From Candidatus Latescibacterota bacterium (GTDB lineage: Bacteria; Latescibacterota; UBA2968; UBA8231), in assembly GCA_965206595.1 (NCBI GenBank), contig OZ242214.1, positions 576,001-640,000 of the forward strand: a stretch of 64,000 bases of DNA, written 5' to 3'. The notes below the pieces were generated by a model. The model saw nothing but the letters and a program-made list of their open reading frames with translations, searched no databases and was not told where the DNA came from. Position 1 is the first letter of the stretch; the number at the start of each line of letters is the position of its first letter. Below, piece after piece: positions 19,904 to 29,582 of the stretch. A program made the position numbers and the translations under genes.

Positions 19904-20441
19904 TCCTTCCGAGATGAACCCTATGGTAAGGCCGCTGTCTGCGGCCGCGGGGCTGCTGCTGGCGCTCTGCATCGGCATCGGCGCGCGCCTGGAAACCGGG
20001 GCGCCGCCCGGTCTGCCGCCCAAGCCGTTCGCCCACCTGCTGGGCCGGCAGGCGCCGGACTTCACCCTGCCCGGCCTCGGCGGGGATACCGTTTCCCTGG
20101 CCAGCGCCGGGGGGGCCGATGCCTGGCTGCTCTACTTCACCGACGCCGGGTGCGGGGCCTGCAAGGCCGCCTACCCGGCGGTGGCCAAGGCGGCCGAAGT
20201 GCTGCCCATCGTCGCCGTCGCCACGGGCGACCCGGATCTGCTCGAGACCAATCTGGGCGGCAGGACGACGGCCATCGGCCACGACGAGCAGCAGTCGGTG
20301 CTTCGGCTCTACGACGTGCGCGGGGTGCCCAGCGCCCTGCTGATCGACCGGCGCGGGGTGGTCCGCCACGCCGCCACCGGCAGCCGCAGCATCACCGACG
20401 TCCTGGCGGCCTGGAACGACTCGAAGGGAGGAGGGGGATGA
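19896..20441 (+). CDS. TlpA/redoxin-family thioredoxin-fold protein
   Basis: Signal/TM, 'GRQAPDFTLP', 'CGAC', 'YDVRGVPSALLIDRRG'; start uncertain. Confidence 0.8.
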   Translation: MADPSEMNPMVRPLSAAAGLLLALCIGIGARLETGAPPGLPPKPFAHLLGRQAPDFTLPGLGGDTVSLASAGGADAWLLYFTDAGCGACKAAYPAVAKAAEVLPIVAVATGDPDLLETNLGGRTTAIGHDEQQSVLRLYDVRGVPSALLIDRRGVVRHAATGSRSITDVLAAWNDSKGGGG

Positions 20442-21040
20442 TGGACCGGAATGCACTCAAGCCGTTGCTGGCCGGCGGCTTACTGGCGCTGGGGTTGATC
20501 GCCGCCCTGGCGACCGGAGAACCGCCCGAGGACCGGGATCCGCAGTCCTCCCTGCTCCTGCGCGTGGTCGGGGAAGAAGGGTCCGCCCTGCTCTCCCGGG
20601 GCACGCCGGCCCCCGACTTCGAGCTGCCGGATACGGCCGGGGAGAACACCGTCAGCCTGGAAGATCTCAAGGGGGAATCTGCGGCCGCCGTGTTCGTCAG
20701 CTTCTCCTGCCCGTACAGCCGCCAGCTCATTCGCACCGTGCTGGACGAGGGCCTGCCCGACCTGGGCAAACGCATGCTGTTCATCCAGCGCGGGGGCGAC
20801 ACCGGCCGGGAGCCGACGCAGGAAGAGGCCGAGCTGCAGGCCGAACTGGCAACCCAGTTTCCGGTGTTGGTGGATGCCGACGGCAGCACCTTCGACGCCT
20901 ACCGGACCAGCGGCGTGCCCACGACCTACCTGCTCGACGCCGAGGGCAAGGTAGCCGGTTCCGGCGTCGGCGAGCCGGAGGGAGCCAAGCTGGTAGGGAC
21001 CCTGGCCGCCGACGTCCTCGGGCGGAAAGGGAGCCGATGA
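20438..21040 (+). CDS. TlpA/redoxin-family protein with a CxxS motif
   Basis: 'GTPAPDFELP', 'SCPYS', 'YRTSGVPTTYLLDAEG'; overlaps both neighbours by ATGA. Confidence 0.8.
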   Translation: MMDRNALKPLLAGGLLALGLIAALATGEPPEDRDPQSSLLLRVVGEEGSALLSRGTPAPDFELPDTAGENTVSLEDLKGESAAAVFVSFSCPYSRQLIRTVLDEGLPDLGKRMLFIQRGGDTGREPTQEEAELQAELATQFPVLVDADGSTFDAYRTSGVPTTYLLDAEGKVAGSGVGEPEGAKLVGTLAADVLGRKGSR

Positions 21041-21259
21041 ACCTGTTCACCGACCCGGTCTTTCTCGTGGAGACGGCCATGCTCGCCAGCCTGCTGGCGG
21101 TCGGCTTCTACACCAGCTGCACCGACCTGAAGGCGAGGCGGGTGCCCAACCGCTACACCCTGACCCTGCTCGGGATCGGGCTGGTCGGGCAGGCAGCGAT
21201 GGTGGGCCTGGACGTGACCACCTTCGACCGCGTCGCCGCCTTGCTCGGGATCGGCCTGG
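21037..21259 (+). pseudogene. Prepilin peptidase (A24) N-terminal fragment, truncated at the transposase junction
   Basis: 'TDLKARRVPN' matches the A24 D-x3-R-x-(I/V)PN motif; sequence switches to transposase at about 21260. Confidence 0.7.
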
Positions 21260-22988
21260 CGCCTGCAGGCGAGCTGGGCCGAGACCTTTCGCGCGCACGC
21301 CTTGCCGCTGATCGACGAAGAACAGTTCGCGCCCTTGTATTGCGACGACAACGGTCGTCCCAACCAGCCGGTGGCGACGGTCTTGGGCGTGCTTCTGCTC
21401 AAGGAGATGTTCGCTCTGACCGACGCCGAGGCGCTGGAGCAGCTGGAGTTCAGCCTGTTGTGGCAGCACGCCCTGGAGCTGACCCCGGACGAGGCCCACT
21501 TGGCGCAAAAGACGCTGCACAACTTCCGCGCTCGCTTGCTGGCCCATGACCGCGGCCGGCAGGCGTTCGAGGCGACCACGGATGGCATTCTCCAAGCGTT
21601 GGGTACGAAAGTCACTCGACAGCGTCTGGACTCCACCCACGTGCTCAGCAACATCGCGGTGTTGTCGCGTCTGGGGCTGTTGTGTGAGACCCTCCGTCAC
21701 TTTCTGAAAACCCTGGCGGCGGAGCATCCGCGCCTGTACGGGCGGGTGTCGAAGCGCCTGCGCGAGCGCTACCTGAAGGAGGACGGCAGCGCCACGGCCT
21801 ACCAGGACGCGCCCTCCGGCACGGGCAAGAGGCGGCTGCCGGTGTGCGCCCGCGATTTGTATCGTCTCCATCAGCTGTGTGCGGGCACGGCGGCCGAGGG
21901 CTTGGAGTCCTGGGCGCTGCTGCAGCGCCTGCTGTGGGAGCAGTGCGACGTGGTCGAGGGGCGCTGAAGGCGCCGGAGCACGTCGGCAGCGACTCGCTGC
22001 AAAGCCCTCATGATGCCGAGGCCACCTACCACGGCCGCAAGGGCAAAGGGTATGAGGTGCAGATCGCCGAGACCTGCGTCGAGGCCGACGACGGCAAGAC
22101 CGACACCGTGAACAGGATCACCCACGTAGCGGTGACCGCTGCCTGCGCCAGTGACGAGCACGCGACGATGCCGGTGCTGGAGGCTCTCGAAGAGCGCGGG
22201 CAGCGACCCGACGAGCTGGTCGCCGACACCGCCTTCGGCTCCGGCGACCATGCCATCCACGCCGAACGCCTCGGCACCGAGTTGGTCAACCCGGTCAAAG
22301 GCCCCCAGGTCGACGTCGAGGAGCGGCCCGATACGGTGACCGAGGCCGACTTCCTCGTCGAGGCCCGTCTCCGGGATCCGGCCATCTGCCCGGCCGGACA
22401 CTTGGCTAGAGAGCAAACGTCGTATGAGAAGAAGAAGCACCACGTGGTGCTGACCTTCGAGCGCCGAAGCTGCCAGACCTGCGCCCTGTTTCCCCTCTGC
22501 CCGGTGCGGCCGAACCAGGACGGGGACGGCTACGCCGTAACCGTGGACCTGAGGGCGGCCAACCTCGAACGCCGCCGCCGCGCCATCGCCAGCGGCGCCT
22601 TCAAGGAGCGCTATCGCATTCGCGCCGGCATCGAGGCCACGGTCTCGGAGCTCAAACGAAGACACGGGCTGGGCGCCCTGCGCGTGCGCGGGCGTTGGCG
22701 CGTGGAGCTGGCCGTCTACCTGAAAGCCTTGGCCTGCAATATCAAGAGAATGGTGCGGGCGCTTACGCCCAAACCCGAAGCCATAGCTCCGGCGATGGGC
22801 TGAAAAAGGGAACGGAGGTCCTTTTCGGTGCCGGAAAAAGGCCTTATAAGCCCGATTCGAGGCCATCGGACGATAGAGCGCTGAAGCAGCTTACATTGCG
22901 GCGCATTCTCGATTCTTTTCATGTTGGTGAAACTAAAGTTTCAAGAAAAACCCCTGTCTGTGAAAACGGGGTTGTTACGAGGGAGTCA
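21260..22988 (+). mobile_element. Degenerate IS (IS1182/IS5-like DDE transposase) lacking its left end, frameshifted near 21960
   Basis: 'SWAETFRAHALPLIDEEQFAPLYCDDNGRPN', 'QRLDSTH', 'SLQSPHDAEATY..KG.GY', 'CP.G..C..C..C', 'YRIRAGIEAT.SELKR'; stop 22803; probable right end GGGGTTGTTACGAGGGAGTCA. Confidence 0.85.
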
Positions 22989-23359
22989 TTATTGCTGATC
23001 AACCTCCGTGAACCCACACTGTAGTCGTGGTCGTTCTTGTACACGTCGTCAGTGGCGACGAAGGCCACGAATAGACGTACCGGGTCGTCGTGCCATGCCA
23101 GCCAGATCCGGAAATCCAGGGACGACGGATCGGGCGGCTCTTCCTCGCTTCTTTCCCGGAAATCCAGCGAGGTCATGGCCGGCTCGCCGAGCAGCTCGTA
23201 CCACTCGTCAATGCGGCCGTCCAGCTGGACCTCGACCAGCATCTCATCGCTGAGATAGGGAATCGGGTACAGGCGTTCCCCCACGTGAGCGCTGGCTGAA
23301 GCCGGCAGCCACAGGAGCAGGCCTAATGCGGCGTGCCATTGCTTCCTGATCCGGTTCAT
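22989..23359 (-). pseudogene. Secreted protein (possibly CBM9/DOMON-like), truncated by the IS; paralog of the gene at 37668
   Basis: Signal peptide then 'AHVGERLYPIPYLSDEML..QLDGRIDEW.ELLG.P.MT.LDF...LDFRIWLAWHDDP.RL.VAFVA.DDVYKN.HDY', nearly the same as 37668. Confidence 0.7.
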
Positions 23360-23566
23360 CGATCTGTCTCCTTTCCCGGGGCCAATATCGCCCGAGGGTA
23401 CAAGCTATTCTCGGGCGGCCGCCCGGGGTGAGTGACTTCATCCATTCCGTCCACGCGGCGACATCTGTTCCCTCGAACGGGTATCCGGTACGGGGTCCCT
23501 CCGGCCGGGCCCGGCTGCCACCTGCAACCCACTGAAGCAGGGCGCCCACACACCCTCCCGGATGCC

Positions 23567-24656
23567 TTACGCCGACCGGATCCCGCGCACCTCGTCGGAC
23601 CAGTCCCGCCAGATGTCGCCGCCGGCGTCGTCGACCACGAGCGCGTCGGGAAGGGACTCGGCCGATTTCAAAAAACCGTAGATCGTCGCCTGGCGGATGA
23701 CGTCGGCGGACCGGTTCTGTCCGGGGATGTGCAGAATCTTGGTGTGCCACAGCACCGCGGTGCCGGCCGGCCCGCAGCAGTCGACCGGCTCGGTGTCGGC
23801 CTTGATCTCCCCGATGACGGGATCGGTGTAGCCTCCCGCCTTGCGCACCGGCAGGTGCTTGTCGGTGTGCTTCTCCCCATCCTGGAACGGCCTTCCACTG
23901 CTCGGGCCAGATCCTCGCGTGGCTTCCCGGCCACACGGTGAAGCCGCCGCAGGCCGGAGGCAGGTCGTCGATGTAGGCCGACACTTGCAGGCGAAAGCGG
24001 CTGTAGCAGGCGCCGTCGGAATGGGCGCCGCGGTAATCGGCGGTGTGCGCAGGGCTGCCCGGAAGGGTGCAGTACAGGCCACGGGTCCCCTGTCCGTTGA
24101 GCCACACCGGTCCGGTTGCCGGCAGGCGCAGCTCCTCTGTAGTGAAGGTCCCTTGCCGCGGCCAGCCCATGTCGCTCCCCGTGTGGCTGACCAGCCCGCC
24201 CACCGCGTCGTCGCACATGAAGCAGGGGCCGGTCGCCGTCCCCGACTCACCGAGCCCGGCCGGCCACACCACGGTGCCCTCACCGAGGAGCTGCGCGGCC
24301 ACCTGCCACAGCGCCCGCGGCACCAGGTCGAGGAGGGTGTCCCCGGTGCCGTTGCGGACCGTGAAACGGTGGTCCTTGCCGCTGAAGTACGGATCCCCCC
24401 CGGCTGCGGGCAGGTTGGCCGCCAGTCTTTCGTTCTCCTCCGCGGTGACCGGTCCCCACGTCGAAGGGTCGTTCCGTTTCATGCGCGGGAGCCCCTCGTC
24501 GATAGCCTCCCACATCTCGTCCCGGGCTCGGCGGCACAGCTCCGGGTCGAGGACCCCCGGGAGAACGAGGAATCCGTCCCGCTTGAAATCGGCTATCTGG
24601 CTTTCCGTCAGGCGCTCGACCTGCCTTACGCCGGAGGTATTCTTCGGCTCGACCAT
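23567..24656 (-). CDS. PhyH-family dioxygenase, frameshifted near 23888
   Basis: 'LTESQIADFKRDGFLVLPGVL', 'AHSDG', 'GGFTVWPGSH'; C-terminus 'GPAGTAVLWHTKILH..GQN' in another frame. Confidence 0.75.
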
Positions 24657-24729
24657 TGCTGTCCGTCCTGATTATAAAAGGGGCTTCTCGGGGAAGCCGC
24701 CGGCCGCAACCCCTGGCGGCAGGCGGCTC

Positions 24730-25200
24730 TTATTCGGGATGCTCTCCCACTTCGATCTCGGCGATGTAGGTGTCGTTCTCCGACTCCTTGTAACGGTATT
24801 CGGGGAAATGCCGGGGACGCACCTCCCCCGAGACGTAGGCGACGTCGGAGTAGCAGGACAGATCAGCTTTCCCGGCTCCAGCGAGACGAGGCCGGGATAG
24901 GAGGCGTCGAAGGAAGGCGGCATCAGCACCAACAGCTCGGCGCGGTCGCGCGATAGCCGCTACAGTCCCGTGGTGCCGGAGCGGATGAAGGGGCTTTCGC
25001 GGTGGCTGAAGCTGTTCTGAAGGGCGAACGGCATGGTCCCCTCCGCCCCGGCTCCCCCGCGCTCGATCCGGCACAGCGCCCCGCCAGGTACACGTGGCCC
25101 CCGGGACTCGCAGATCACCGGGGCGTCGCAGCAGCCGGCGGGTTATGTCGAGCGCCTTCTCCCAGTCGGTGTACGGTGGCCTGGAGCGGCTGCTGCGCCG
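24730..25200 (-). pseudogene. Decayed C-terminal fragment of a BNR/sialidase-like beta-propeller protein
   Basis: 'SRPPYTDW...HVYLAGR...TTGL*RL...LLVLMPPSFDASYPGLVSLEPGKLI/LSCYS' reconstructed across an in-frame TAG (24960-24962) and frameshifts. Confidence 0.5.
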
Positions 25201-25393
25201 TCTCTCCGTTCTCGGCTGTCATTCGGAACTCCTCGCTGAAGCGTGGCAACCGGCAGTGAAAGTCGCCTTGCCGGCGTGGCCGGGCAATCGGCGGCAAGTT
25301 GCCCGTTGCAGCCCGGATCGGCTTTTCAACGGGATGTCAATGCGGGTCGCAAACTGAAATGGAAGCTGGACGCGTCCCAGAGGTGGCAAAAGC

Positions 25394-25431
25394 AAACAGG
25401 CACTCACCTTGTAGCCGGCAAGTGCCTGTTT
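25394..25431 (-). terminator. Hairpin downstream of tRNA-Phe
   Basis: AAACAGGCACT ... AGTGCCTGTTT inverted repeat. Confidence 0.5.
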
Positions 25432-25449
25432 ATCTTTGGGGAAATTTGA

Positions 25450-25525
25450 TGGTGGCTCCTCGCGGAATCGAACCGCGGACACAGGGATTTTCAGTCCCCT
25501 GCTCTACCTACTGAGCTAAAGAGCC
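25450..25525 (-). tRNA. tRNA-Phe (GAA)
   Basis: Reverse complement GGCTCTTTAGCTCAGTAGGTAGAGCAGGGGACTGAAAATCCCTGTGTCCGCGGTTCGATTCCGCGAGGAGCCACCA; cloverleaf, GAA anticodon, encoded CCA. Confidence 0.97.
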
Positions 25526-25663
25526 ACCGAATAATCGCTATAAATAGCGAGAGCCGGCTGTCCGCCCTGCCGGCCATTCAGGCAACCCGCATCAACCTGC
25601 TCCGCTACGGGTTACCGAAGCGGCAAACTTTACGATTGCCCCCAACCCTGTCAAGGAGGACCG

Positions 25664-26233
25664 ATGGCCGTTACCATCATTCCATTCAACATGCCGGCGC
25701 CCATGGAAATTCCGTCCCACATCGTCGAAATGCTCTCCGGAATGGACCCCGACGAAGCGGTCTGCAAGGGCATGGAGCTGCTGCTGGGGATCGACGCCGC
25801 GGACGCGATCATGTACGAGCGGATCGCCGGCGACGGAACCCTGCACCTGCACGCGGTGCAGTCGGGGGACGGCCGTGCCGGAGAGCTGGAGCATACCCTG
25901 CGGCAGGAGAGCTTTTACGGCGCTCCGCTCGGCGCCGATGCCAGCTCGACCGCCGCGGCTGCCTTCGAAAAAAATACCCCGCTGCTGATCATGGGAGAAA
26001 GCAGCGGGGATGGCGAGGGACCGCTGCCGTCCAATCTCGGCAAGGTGATCCTCGGCGGAAACGACAGCGGCAACGTCGGCTTCGTCTACGTGCTCCCCCT
26101 GGCCGGCGCCGGCAACCGCCCGCTCGGCGCCCTGACGCTGATTCGCTCACAAAAAAACGGGCCGCTCAATCACGAGCAGCCCAATATTACCGAGGGAATG
26201 AGGCAGCTTCTCGGCAGGCTGCTCGATCAGTAG
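25664..26233 (+). CDS. Stand-alone GAF-like domain protein
   Basis: AAGGAGG SD; 'VLPLAGAGNRPLGALTL' GAF-type C-terminal strands; no output domain. Confidence 0.6.
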   Translation: MAVTIIPFNMPAPMEIPSHIVEMLSGMDPDEAVCKGMELLLGIDAADAIMYERIAGDGTLHLHAVQSGDGRAGELEHTLRQESFYGAPLGADASSTAAAAFEKNTPLLIMGESSGDGEGPLPSNLGKVILGGNDSGNVGFVYVLPLAGAGNRPLGALTLIRSQKNGPLNHEQPNITEGMRQLLGRLLDQ

Positions 26234-26270
26234 CCGGCCGAGAAGCCGATTTGAGAAACCGGGTTTCGCC

Positions 26271-26540
26271 TCAGGCGTTTGCCGGCTGGACAACCCCGTT
26301 CTGCAGCATCCAGGCCTCGACCTCCTGGCCGCTGACGTCGGCGAGCATCTCGCCGTCGACCACGACGCATGGGGAAAGCGGCTGGCCGCTTTTCTGCACC
26401 ATCTCGGCGTAGTTGTTGGAGTCGTTGATGATGTCCTTGTCCTCGTACTGCAGGCCGTACTTGTCGAATACGTCCCGCACTCCGGCACTCCAGCCGCACA
26501 CCGGCTTCAGGTATGCGGTGATTTCAGGTTGGTCTGCCAT
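26271..26540 (-). CDS. Monothiol glutaredoxin-like protein
   Basis: GGAGG SD; 'YLKPVCGWS', 'KSGQPLSPCVVVDG'. Confidence 0.8.
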   Translation of the reverse strand: MADQPEITAYLKPVCGWSAGVRDVFDKYGLQYEDKDIINDSNNYAEMVQKSGQPLSPCVVVDGEMLADVSGQEVEAWMLQNGVVQPANA

Positions 26541-26780
26541 CCGTCTGTCCTCCATTCGTGGGCGTCGTCGGCCTCGAAACAACTGCCCTTCGAGGCAAGA
26601 AAGTGTTGAAATATACCCACACCTATCTACCTGTCAACCCAAGGTGTTACGTCGAATTTTACCGGTTGACTCCAACGGGGCGATCACGGTATCTTGGGAA
26701 TGCTTTCCCCCATGTCCCTCCCCGCACATCGGCAGGATCGCTCCACCCCTACCCCTGTCCCTGCCACATTCTGAGAGCTG

Positions 26781-28049
26781 ATGGCTACCGAATCTCTGTA
26801 TATCGAAGGTGGAACCCCCCTGGCCGGGGAGGCCGTGGTCCAGGGTTCCAAGAACGCCGCCTTGCCGATGATCGCCGCGTCGATTCTCGCCGAAAGCGGA
26901 CAAACCGTACTGCACCGCGTCCCCCCCGTGAAGGACGTGCTGCTGGCCCTGGAGATCCTGCGCCGCCTCGGGGCCCGTGTCGACTACGACCCCTACGAGG
27001 GAGTCGCCGTTATCGACGCGACCACCCTTTCCACCACCGAGCTGCCCGGCGAGCTGTCGCACCGGCTGCGGGCATCGCTGCTTTTCGTGGGCCCTCTTCT
27101 CAGCCGCTTCGGGGAAGTCACCATCGAAGAGGTGGGCGGCTGCTCCATCGGCCCCAGGCCCACCGACTACCACTATCGCGGGTTCGCGCGCATGGGGGCC
27201 ACCATTTCAGGCACCGGCTCGGGCGGCTACGGCGTCAGGGCGGACGACCTTCGCGGCGCGAGGATGTACCTCGACCTTCCGAGCCACACAGGGGTCGAGA
27301 ACCTCGTGATGGCCGCCAGTCTTGCGAAGGGGGACTCGGTCATCGTCAACGCCGCATCCGATCCCGACATTTCCGACTTCGCCGCGCTGCTGACCAAAAT
27401 GGGGGCAAAGGTCGAGGGCGTCGGCTCGCGCACGGTGCAAATTACCGGTGTCGACAAGCTCCATGGCGCCGAACACACGGTCATGTACGACCGCCTCGAC
27501 GCCGGCATGCTGATGATGGCCGCAGCGATCACGGGAGGCGACGTCGCCCTGCGCGGGGTTGTCAGGCACCACATCGACATCTTCGAGGCCAAGCTGGTGC
27601 AGATGGGGGTCGAAGTGCGCGGCGAAGAGGATCTCGTTCGCGTGGCCGGACCGGACCGCCTGCAGCCGATCAACGTCGTGTCGACGTTCTATCCCGGATT
27701 CCCGACCGACCTGCAGCCGAGCATCACCGCCCTCGCCTGCGTCGCCGACGGCGACAGCTATATCCGCGAGACCGTGTTCGAGGATCGCTTCGGGCACGTG
27801 AAGAATTTGCGCGCCTTCGGCGCCAACTTGTCCCCCGAAAAGGACCGCCTCGTCATCGTCCACGGGCCGGCGAAGCTGCACGGGGCGCGGGTGCGGGCCG
27901 AAGACATCCGCGCCGGCGGCGCCTGCCTGCTGGCCGGACTCGCGGCCGAGGGGCGCACCTGCATCACGAACCTTTACCAACTCGACCGCGGCCACGCGGA
28001 TCTGGCGGGACGGCTGAGGGGGCTCGGCGCCGCCCTCGAACGTCTGTAG
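26781..28049 (+). CDS. murA: UDP-N-acetylglucosamine 1-carboxyvinyltransferase
   Basis: 'GSKNAALP', 'LRAS', 'GGCSIGPRP' (catalytic Cys), 'YPGFPTDLQP', 'FEDRF', 'DIRAG', 'LDRG'. Confidence 0.95.
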   Translation: MATESLYIEGGTPLAGEAVVQGSKNAALPMIAASILAESGQTVLHRVPPVKDVLLALEILRRLGARVDYDPYEGVAVIDATTLSTTELPGELSHRLRASLLFVGPLLSRFGEVTIEEVGGCSIGPRPTDYHYRGFARMGATISGTGSGGYGVRADDLRGARMYLDLPSHTGVENLVMAASLAKGDSVIVNAASDPDISDFAALLTKMGAKVEGVGSRTVQITGVDKLHGAEHTVMYDRLDAGMLMMAAAITGGDVALRGVVRHHIDIFEAKLVQMGVEVRGEEDLVRVAGPDRLQPINVVSTFYPGFPTDLQPSITALACVADGDSYIRETVFEDRFGHVKNLRAFGANLSPEKDRLVIVHGPAKLHGARVRAEDIRAGGACLLAGLAAEGRTCITNLYQLDRGHADLAGRLRGLGAALERL

Positions 28050-28126
28050 CGGCGGCTCGACAGCACCTTCGAAGAAGCAGTCAGGGGCTTCCTTGACTGC
28101 TTTTTTGTTTCTGCTACGTTGCGGTC

Positions 28127-29236
28127 ATGACCGGACTGCACGAAGAGAAAGTCTACCTCCTGCGCACCGGGATCGAAGGGGATCCCGCCCCCTTCACCAC
28201 CTACCGCGATCTCGCCTTCGCCGCCCTCGAAGCCCTCGATCCGGCGATTCCACCTTCCGGCCTCATCACCATCAAGCCGAACGCGACGGTGCTCTACCCC
28301 GCCGCCGTCCGCGTAGTCACCCACCCGGGGTTCCTCGCCGGTATCGCCGATTACCTGCTCGACCGGGGGGTGGCAGCTGACCGCCTGCTGGTGGCGGACG
28401 GCCAGTCCGGGGAAAACCCCGATGAGGGGTTCACCTGGAAGGGCGCGGGGTACGCCGCCATGGCCGAGGAACGCGGGATCGGATTGAGGTGCCTCAACGA
28501 CGAGCCCACCCGGCCGGTTTCCGTAAAGGGCGGGGTAGTCTACGACAGCTACCCGATCTACTCGGATGTTACCGACTGCAGCTTCCTTCTCAACGTCCCT
28601 TTGGCCAAGTGCCACAACCTCGGCTGCACGACCCTGGCGATAAAGAACCTGATGGGGGTTATCGGCAGGCCGGAGCGGCACCTGTGCGCCACCCAGGTGA
28701 TCGACGAGCCGCTCGGAGAGGATCTGTGGCGCCTGACAGAAACCGGTCTCAGCCTCTTCGAGGATCGCTTCTACGACAAGCTCTGCGACCTCGTAGTCGC
28801 GGTGCGCAGTCTCGGGATGCCGCGGCTCTGCATCGTCGACGGCCTCATCGGGCGCGACGGCACCGCCTTCAACGAGGGGGAGAACCACCCGCTAGGCTGG
28901 ACCGTGGCCGGGATCAACGAGGTGCATGTCGACGCCGTGGCGACCTGGCTCATGGGTCTCGATCCCACGGTCACTCCCTACCTGCGGGCAGCGGCCGGAC
29001 GCGGCCTCGGAACCGCAGACGTCAAGGAGATCGAGGTCGTCGATCTCGCCAGCGGCGAAACCCTTGGAGAGGCGCAGCTGTCGGGCGCGCGCAGGCAGAT
29101 GGCGCTGATGCCGGTATGCCGCAGCGAAGCCGGCTACTACGACCGCTTCCGCGCCGACGGCTCGGTGGTCCCCTGGCAGATCGACCAGATCAACGCCCGG
29201 CGCCGCGCCGACGGAGAGAGCGAAATTGCCGCCTGA
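28127..29236 (+). CDS. DUF362 domain protein
   Basis: 'IKPN', 'THP', 'LNVPLAKCH...TLAIKNLMG', 'IVDGLIG', 'VDAVA..LMG'. Confidence 0.85.
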   Translation: MTGLHEEKVYLLRTGIEGDPAPFTTYRDLAFAALEALDPAIPPSGLITIKPNATVLYPAAVRVVTHPGFLAGIADYLLDRGVAADRLLVADGQSGENPDEGFTWKGAGYAAMAEERGIGLRCLNDEPTRPVSVKGGVVYDSYPIYSDVTDCSFLLNVPLAKCHNLGCTTLAIKNLMGVIGRPERHLCATQVIDEPLGEDLWRLTETGLSLFEDRFYDKLCDLVVAVRSLGMPRLCIVDGLIGRDGTAFNEGENHPLGWTVAGINEVHVDAVATWLMGLDPTVTPYLRAAAGRGLGTADVKEIEVVDLASGETLGEAQLSGARRQMALMPVCRSEAGYYDRFRADGSVVPWQIDQINARRRADGESEIAA

Positions 29237-29582
29237 TGACGGCAGCGGTCCGACTCTCCCACAGCTGCAGCGGCAGGTCGACGAGTGGATTCGCACCGTC
29301 GGGATACGCTACTACTCCGAGCTGACGAACACCGCCATACTTGCGGAGGAGGTCGGAGAGGTAAGCAGGCTGATGGCCCGCCTCTACGGGGACCAGAGTT
29401 TCAAGGCGGGGGAAGAGGCGGGGTTGTCCGAGCTGGGCGCGGAAATGGCGGACGTGCTGTTTGTGCTGATCTGCCTGGCCAACCAGACCGGTGTCGACCT
29501 TCAGGAGGCCTTTGACCGGGCAATGCAAAGGAAGACGAGCCGCGACCGCGACCGTCACGCCGGCAATCCCGGACTGCGATGA
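29226..29582 (+). CDS. MazG-like nucleotide pyrophosphohydrolase (YpjD-like)
   Basis: 'LAEEVGEV', 'EMADVLFVLICLANQTGVDL', 'KTSRDRDR'. Confidence 0.9.
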   Translation: MPPDDGSGPTLPQLQRQVDEWIRTVGIRYYSELTNTAILAEEVGEVSRLMARLYGDQSFKAGEEAGLSELGAEMADVLFVLICLANQTGVDLQEAFDRAMQRKTSRDRDRHAGNPGLR

